NCBI GenBank assembly: GCA_045644785.1
Contig: JAZRHN010000027.1
Span: 1 to 39,842 of the forward strand
Reading direction: 5' to 3'
DNA length: 39,842 nucleotides
Origin: Christensenellaceae bacterium
GTDB taxonomy: Bacteria; Bacillota; Clostridia; Christensenellales; Borkfalkiaceae
In this document: positions 35,001 to 39,842 of the stretch, in pieces
How the letters are laid out: every line of letters starts with the position of its first letter
Position numbering within the stretch: the stretch's first letter is position 1
The notes under the pieces: model-generated
Told to the model about the DNA's origin: nothing
The model's database searches: none
The model's input: only the letters and a program-made list of their open reading frames with translations
Position numbers and translations under genes: made by a program

Positions 35001-38000
35001 CTCAAATGGAAGACTATTTTAGAGAAACAAAAATGAATAACAAGTATAATCCTTTGATGCCAAGTAAAGCCGATGAGTATGTTGTAATGTTTCACGGAAC
35101 GCCCGAACAATTTAACGAGTTTGATACCAAAAAGGTTGGTAAGCACGGTTCGGTTATGGGTAGTGGTTTATATTTTACTAGTAATTATTCTTATGCAGAA
35201 GATTATAAAGAATATGACGATGGTAGAGTAATTGCATCTATATTAGATATAAAGAAACCCTTATCTAGGAATAAACACGAGATATCAAAAGATGAATTAA
35301 AAACCTTTATTAAAGAAGTTGTTGATGCTACTGGAGAAGATTTCTTATCTAATTATGGTGATGTATATTCGATTGGTTACGATAAGTTATTAGATAATAC
35401 TGCTGCGAAACTGCTTGATTATTGGTCGAATGATGCTGATTTAATAGAAGATATTTATGTGGCAAGCAGAATGGATTTTGATGAATTTCATAATGGCTTA
35501 ACTGAAGTTTTAGGCTATGACGGAATAATCGCTTGGAACAAAGCGGAAGGAACACAGGCGGTTGTTTTTAGGTCAAATCAAGTTAAGGAAATATTTAACT
35601 ATAAGCCTACAAAATCTAACGATATTCGTTTATCACGCAAACAAAGTGACGGAGAAGTAACCAAAAAACTTGCAAACTACACAAGAAAGAAAGTATATAG
35701 CAAGGTAGAAGCCGAAAGAACTATCAACACTATACTAGAAAGCAATTTCGGTTTAGAAGATTACAACGTAGAAATTTCGGGAAAGACCAAAGCGGAAGCG
35801 GTTGATGAACTTTGGAAGAACTTTAACACTTTAGATGCAGGCAAGAGAACGGGCGCTGCGAATAAGATAGCCGACTACATAATTGACAACGCGGTTATGG
35901 AGAGTTATTTTGCCGAAGCGGAAAACGATGTTTACACCGAAACGATTGATACTTTAAGACCTTTCTTACATAGCATTGATTTATCACACATAAGAGAAGA
36001 AGTCAAATATCGTGGCGACAATAGTGTGTATTTATTATGGGGAAAGAAAAAGGGCGAAAGTGGTATGACTGCCGACCAAGTGGCGCAAAGACTTGGGGAA
36101 CAAGGTATTAGGATTAATGCCGAAAATGAAGCGGACATTTTCTTTGAAATTGACGAAATGTATCGTAAGGCAGTTAAAGAACTTAAAGCCAAGACCGAAG
36201 AACAAGTTAAGGATTACTTAAGTGCGGAAGATAGAAAGCAACTTCGTGGCGATATTGCAAAGGCAATTTTAAGGGGCTATGAAGAAAATGGTAAAAAGTC
36301 AAAGTTTGCCGAAATTGTAGAAGAACAATCTAAAAACGCAAGAAAGTGGAAAGAATTATATTACGAAGAAAAAGGGCGTAATAGCGCGGAAAGTAAACTT
36401 CTATATCAAGTGCAAAAGATTAGGGATATACACTTTGGCGATTTCCAAAACGCTTCACAAGCGGACAATAAAATCTTTAGGGGTTCTATTGAGAAGTTAT
36501 CGGCAATTAAAAATCGTGGCGACTTAAACAAAAGTGGCACGCGTAGGATTATTGCAGGATTAAATACTTGGTATAATGAAGAAAATCCATTGCTTAATGG
36601 TAGATATAGTCAAGAAATATCTACTGCCCTTAATCAAATTGCATCTGGCGAAGGTAATCTTACTACTGCCGAAATTAGAAACCTAACGGACGTAGTTGCT
36701 TATTTTAGACATTTTATAGAAACCGCTAACAAGATTTATCGTGCAGGTAAGTATATCGATGCTATGCCTATTGCGGAAGATTATGTTCGTAAGTTACACG
36801 ATAATGAAAAAATACAATTAGGAACAGTTGGCAGAGTTTTTGATAAAACATTTAACAATTCTAGAGCAAACTATATGGAAACCTTTAACGACCCGATGAC
36901 AGTTGTTCGTTATATGGATAAATACGATAATGGTTTCTTTACTCAAACTATGGAAGAATTTAGAGATTGCGCGGTAAACGCTGCGATTCTAGAAATGGAC
37001 TTAAACGCACCACTTGAAGATTTTTATAAGAAACATAAAACTTTCTTAAAAGATGCGGGTAATCGTATGATAAACTATAATGGCGTGCAAATCCCTGCTA
37101 TTGATGCGTTTAATTGTTATATGGCGCTTAATAGAGAAGAAGGTATGCTTAAACTTGCGTGGTCTGGCTTCAAATGGGTAGATAAGAAAGGTAAGACTAC
37201 TAGTGTTGACGGATTTGTAACTGATAGTGATTTTGGCTATGAAACAGTTAAGTTCTTGGCAAATGAAGTTCAAAGCGAATTAGAAAAGCAATTTACTGAA
37301 ACCGATTTAGAGTATATTAAAATCGCGGAAGACTTGTTTAATAATCGTTGTAAGGAATTGAAGAAAGAGAGAGACTTATCTCGTTACGGCTATTCTAATG
37401 TATCTGACAATTATTATATTCCTATTGCAGTAGCAAACGTTGCAAAAAGTATTGACGTTGACGGGTGGCAATCTGAAGTAGATAGAGTAAGTAATTTATC
37501 GTTTAACAAAGCAACTGTAAAAGGTGCTAAAAACGAAATGCTTATCGAACCGCTTAATGTTGTTTTAACTAGACATTTAAGAGGTATCGCACAGTATTAT
37601 CACTTGTCAAATGCGGTCGATAACTATGACATTATATATAATATGGATACGGGCGGTAACAAAAACAAGGTTATTAGCGTAAAATCCGAAAGTAAAAATG
37701 TATGGCAACACGGCGAAGAGTATATGGAAGAAATGCTTTCCGATATTCAAGGAATTAAGAAAGGCAAATCAAGTAAAATGTTTGGTTTTGTTCGTAGCAA
37801 CTACGCGAAATATCAACTTGGCGCAAATCCAAAAGTTTGGTTTACTCAATTATCGTCTTTCTTTGCTTCAACGAGTATTTTAGATTTTTCTTCGGTAGTA
37901 AAAGGCTTAGGTGTTAGTGCTGATGATGTTGATGTTTATTGTAGGCTTGCCGAATTGCGTAATAGTGATGATACCGCTGCAAGGGCGCAAGGTAACTTAA

Positions 38001-39538
38001 GTGATACTCAAGGCGACGGTGTTGTATCTAAGGTAAGTGATACGCTTATGAAACCTATTGGCGCTATGGATAGGTTTGTTATTAAAAAATTGTTTGGTGC
38101 TTGTCAAGTGCAAGTGCAAAAAGATACAGGGCTTAAAATAGGAACTGAAGAAAACAAAGTTAAGGCAGGCGAATTGCTTAAGAAAGTTATTCTTGAAACG
38201 CAACAAAACGCTATTGCAACGGAACGTTCAATGGCGATGCGCTCTACTAGCGAACTTATGAGAACGCTCACGATGTTTACTTCGGATTCTATGAAAGTTA
38301 TCGGTAGGGTGATTGATGCTTATGGCGAAATTACAATGTTAAAGGCAAGAAAGAGAATAACTTCTGATAGCGCCGAACTTGCAAGACTAGATGCCGAATT
38401 AAAGAGAGCAAATAAAAAGGCATTAAAAGCAACTGCATCACTTGTTACGCAGGCGGTATTTATGGCTTTAATTGCACAAGCATTTAAAACATTATATAAT
38501 AAGGACGATGAAGAAGAGAATATTGTTGAAAATATGACGGTAGATGCAATCGGGAATTTGTTTGGTGGTTTACCTTTATTCAAAGATGCTTATGCTAAAC
38601 TTGTTGAAGGCTATGATTTTGACGGCTATCAATATTCTGCGTTTAATGACTTATTAGATTCAACTTCTGATATGCTTGATTTGGTAGGTGCAATCTTTAA
38701 TGGCAGTGCTGATTCAAGAGATTTTGCACAAAACATTAGAAAGTTATCGTATGCTATCGGTCAATTATTCGGTATTCCCGTAAGAAACGTATATAATGTT
38801 GTTTTTGGTTTAGTTAATAGAGTAAGTCCCGAAACGGGTTATAAGTGGAACGATAAATTCTACAAGCAATCATATTCTAAAGACTTAAAGCGAGCAATTA
38901 AAAACGAAGACGAAGAAATGATTGCAACTATTGCAGGCTTGATTATGGACGAAAATATTGGAAGTTTTGAAAATTCGGCAACAAGAAAAGAAATAAGTCG
39001 TCTTATCGGCGCGGAATACGATGTTCTTCCGCAATCCGTTCCGTCAAGTGTAACAATCAATGAAGAAACAATTACTCTCACAGGCTCACAAAAGAAAGCG
39101 TATAAGGAAGTTTATTCGCAATCTATAACCGCGATAGACAAACTTGTATCTACTAATGGATATAAGGTTGCAAGCGATGATGCAAAGGCAAAAGCGGTTA
39201 AATACGTTTACAAGTATTATTATTACGAAGCACAACAAAAAGCATTAAATATCGAATTGGATAGCAAGTTGTATTTATTCGGGCAAGTTATTCCTATTGA
39301 CAAAATGGCTCTTATTTTGGCAGAAGTGCCTACGATAGCCGACAAGTCAACGAATAAGAAACAAGCCGTGCAAAGATACTTGCAAGGCGCGAAATTAACC
39401 GCTACACAAAAATATATGCTTATGGGTTACTTTGGATATAAGAATACCAACGGCAAGAGTGCAGTAGAAAGCACGATTAGCAAAACTTCACTTGCTAAAG
39501 CGCAAAAAGAATTGCTTTTAGAAAAATGTGGATATTAA
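32072..39538 (+). CDS. Giant polyvalent protein (2488 aa) with metallopeptidase-like, RNase-like and ADP-ribosyltransferase-like segments
   Basis: Uninterrupted 7.4-kb ORF. HEISH (HExxH) at nt 33590-33604. ..ISGYDIWHEYQRH.. at about 34250-34285. VVMFHGTPEQFNEFD ... GSGLYFTSNYSYAEDY ... AEGTQAVVFRSNQVKE at about 35080-35600. Gly-rich hydrophobic N-terminal region. Confidence 0.75.
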   Translation: MYNPQELQRKAQLNLHGVDNNAQTNLSNNVTATSEENEQGWFTRGLATVGNVVSNILEGAIKSMEGGIDATAMLVGLFGADVDDFVSYDFTSDIFGTDEENEGLLDWTWGKNLEATSYWDNDTMVNQVAEGIGGMLPSIALSFIPYAGPILSKVGFFAGAMGNASETALKEGSSYEKALGYGALSGAIELGTEFIGGRVVGKGGGEAINKTLLGKLATRTGADKVISKGVGKVAYNFASEGLEEVAADLLDVANRRITGVEKDAKVDWAQLPKTFVVGGAVGAVLDGIQGGASAIYNNKRGGKHYVRVSENLENIANTNKALAYLQESKSISQDKLDKAVIRNTERTMDSLEEISKEFQAMTAEQRKSAFETLRESTSFIDNALNSDGTIKESVLENYSDVVNNGAKYNVSSNLLYNTTEVENDITDINKQKELNIELSDTTFDAEQRKNFAKINRNINLISKKTGTELELVVFKDNKDVNAFIDNNRIYIGEEHLKDGKWAKYLSHEISHFAKDSKEFKSFAEFIAKDEKALMDAFSKIINSRYDFTYSEVKSIVERIKNGNVGLLTAKENAIYDELVAHVAEDLFTNEESINRLARENTTIAQKILNAIKDFLAIFKGTNADRDTVVRLRKAEILFEKALDSIGKEAKTVDVLGEDKVGESKTDKLRFSRKIIDNAIDKAIKQKGNLEEKYNQIRVSKFPNDVSRMVANASNGEINLSDKYVAISGYDIWHEYQRHSNVEVETSRGQIPLTNDSIKEAVEAIYYPDMIESLFSTNGNPKQRKSFAYAKKSPHGYYIVVEAVGGRRNPNVVPVMILNFSETKWNEMMSNDYTLGELLYENDESLKNSLNIEFNKKNRVIVAQFASKKAIANTPHSPQFNNILSQDNDIVNRNEKFSFKHNDEIPDFDTVESLDKWFDSLSFKELQELVSEIEEDIKEVKVEQLPISKQERREIVVKRLYEQGTLNKFVTKVVKSKPQMEDYFRETKMNNKYNPLMPSKADEYVVMFHGTPEQFNEFDTKKVGKHGSVMGSGLYFTSNYSYAEDYKEYDDGRVIASILDIKKPLSRNKHEISKDELKTFIKEVVDATGEDFLSNYGDVYSIGYDKLLDNTAAKLLDYWSNDADLIEDIYVASRMDFDEFHNGLTEVLGYDGIIAWNKAEGTQAVVFRSNQVKEIFNYKPTKSNDIRLSRKQSDGEVTKKLANYTRKKVYSKVEAERTINTILESNFGLEDYNVEISGKTKAEAVDELWKNFNTLDAGKRTGAANKIADYIIDNAVMESYFAEAENDVYTETIDTLRPFLHSIDLSHIREEVKYRGDNSVYLLWGKKKGESGMTADQVAQRLGEQGIRINAENEADIFFEIDEMYRKAVKELKAKTEEQVKDYLSAEDRKQLRGDIAKAILRGYEENGKKSKFAEIVEEQSKNARKWKELYYEEKGRNSAESKLLYQVQKIRDIHFGDFQNASQADNKIFRGSIEKLSAIKNRGDLNKSGTRRIIAGLNTWYNEENPLLNGRYSQEISTALNQIASGEGNLTTAEIRNLTDVVAYFRHFIETANKIYRAGKYIDAMPIAEDYVRKLHDNEKIQLGTVGRVFDKTFNNSRANYMETFNDPMTVVRYMDKYDNGFFTQTMEEFRDCAVNAAILEMDLNAPLEDFYKKHKTFLKDAGNRMINYNGVQIPAIDAFNCYMALNREEGMLKLAWSGFKWVDKKGKTTSVDGFVTDSDFGYETVKFLANEVQSELEKQFTETDLEYIKIAEDLFNNRCKELKKERDLSRYGYSNVSDNYYIPIAVANVAKSIDVDGWQSEVDRVSNLSFNKATVKGAKNEMLIEPLNVVLTRHLRGIAQYYHLSNAVDNYDIIYNMDTGGNKNKVISVKSESKNVWQHGEEYMEEMLSDIQGIKKGKSSKMFGFVRSNYAKYQLGANPKVWFTQLSSFFASTSILDFSSVVKGLGVSADDVDVYCRLAELRNSDDTAARAQGNLSDTQGDGVVSKVSDTLMKPIGAMDRFVIKKLFGACQVQVQKDTGLKIGTEENKVKAGELLKKVILETQQNAIATERSMAMRSTSELMRTLTMFTSDSMKVIGRVIDAYGEITMLKARKRITSDSAELARLDAELKRANKKALKATASLVTQAVFMALIAQAFKTLYNKDDEEENIVENMTVDAIGNLFGGLPLFKDAYAKLVEGYDFDGYQYSAFNDLLDSTSDMLDLVGAIFNGSADSRDFAQNIRKLSYAIGQLFGIPVRNVYNVVFGLVNRVSPETGYKWNDKFYKQSYSKDLKRAIKNEDEEMIATIAGLIMDENIGSFENSATRKEISRLIGAEYDVLPQSVPSSVTINEETITLTGSQKKAYKEVYSQSITAIDKLVSTNGYKVASDDAKAKAVKYVYKYYYYEAQQKALNIELDSKLYLFGQVIPIDKMALILAEVPTIADKSTNKKQAVQRYLQGAKLTATQKYMLMGYFGYKNTNGKSAVESTISKTSLAKAQKELLLEKCGY

Positions 39539-39546
39539 AAGAAAAA

Positions 39547-39576
39547 GGGCTGATTAATTTCAGTCCTTTTCTATTT
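39547..39576 (+). terminator. Rho-independent terminator after the giant gene
   Basis: GGGCTGA-ttaatt-TCAGTCC (one G-U pair) followed by TTTTCTATTT. Confidence 0.6.
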
Positions 39577-39826
39577 GGTAATATTTAGTAACATTTTTTA
39601 GTAACAAAATAGTGTATAGTAGGGTAAAATAGGGTATAACATAGTAATAAAAAACGCTCATTTTCAATCATTTTTGACTAAAAACAAGCGTTTTTTAAAT
39701 AATGGTGGGCAGGGGTGGAAAGGCACGAATACTATATATAGTAAATAAATATGCAAGTAAACCACAATATATAGTATATTTTTAATTGTAGTAACATTTT
39801 AGTAACTTTTTGTTGATAAATTACTA
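39577..39826. other. Candidate attP region (repeat-rich non-coding DNA downstream of int; continues as 1-124)
   Basis: TAGTAAC pairs at 39586-39605 and 39789-39806. TAGGGTA x2 at 39620-39636. ATATATAGTA x2 (= 32-41 and 65-74). An isolated GC-rich island at 39703-39730. Confidence 0.4.
39649..39696. terminator. 10-bp inverted repeat AAAAAACGCT ... AGCGTTTTTT (possible bidirectional terminator)
   Basis: Arms at 39649-39658 and 39687-39696 with a 28-nt loop and T/A runs on both sides. Confidence 0.4.
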
Positions 39827-39842
39827 TTAAAGTTTACTAATT
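39703..39842. repeat. Terminal direct repeat, copy 2 (identical to 1-140)
   Basis: Exact 140/140 match to the window start. Confidence 0.95.

Larger units (their letters stand above)
1..39842. mobile_element. Complete temperate phage genome (circularly closed contig; unique length 39,702 bp)
   Basis: Integrase, CI/Cro-type switch, recombination/replication genes and a terminase-portal-capsid block are all present. The terminal 140 bp are duplicated exactly. Confidence 0.9.

Noticed and set aside
1-39842. Search for a reverse transcriptase/DGR, retron, CRISPR-Cas, or tRNA/tmRNA genes
   Set aside because: No RT-like (YxDD) ORF, template/variable repeat pair, cas-like ORF or cloverleaf-compatible sequence was seen on either strand.

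Overview
The window is a complete temperate tailed-phage genome, closed as a circle: bases 1-140 are identical to 39703-39842, so the unique length is 39,702 bp. It is AT-rich and uses strong AGGAG-type ribosome-binding sites (RBS), which fits a low-GC Firmicutes host; that host call is inference only. Layout: (i) a leftward lysogeny block with a tyrosine integrase, a 192-aa unknown, and two XRE-type repressors; (ii) a divergent-promoter switch with five copies of an AGCAA-N5-TTGCT operator and an unusually long (~450 nt) hairpin-rich leader before a Cro-like gene; (iii) a rightward early block: Xis-like HTH, DUF1071/Sak3-like annealing protein, YqaJ exonuclease, NinB-like protein, SSB, GIY-YIG nuclease, and a replisome organizer with an internal origin-like repeat; (iv) a DNA-modification block: C5-cytosine methyltransferase, Lar-like protein, Dam-like methyltransferase; (v) small unknowns and a sigma-region-4-like regulator; (vi) a late block: phased 10-bp repeats, small and large terminase, portal, scaffold, capsid, a 1043-aa structural protein, a fiber-like protein and membrane proteins; and a 2488-aa polyvalent protein with HExxH-peptidase-like, RNase-like and ADP-ribosyltransferase-like segments. 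No tail tube, sheath, tape-measure protein or canonical endolysin was recognisable. The strongest candidate for something new is the C5-methyltransferase locus (about 10.0-11.06 kb). Its target-recognition region is split into frame-shifted modules, each carrying a TIT(T) motif, by four G7-G8 homopolymers. I saw no other run of 7 or more G anywhere in the window. This suggests a phase-variable, split, or combinatorial-specificity methyltransferase; assembly error and gene decay are alternatives that need checking. No tRNA, rRNA or CRISPR array was found.
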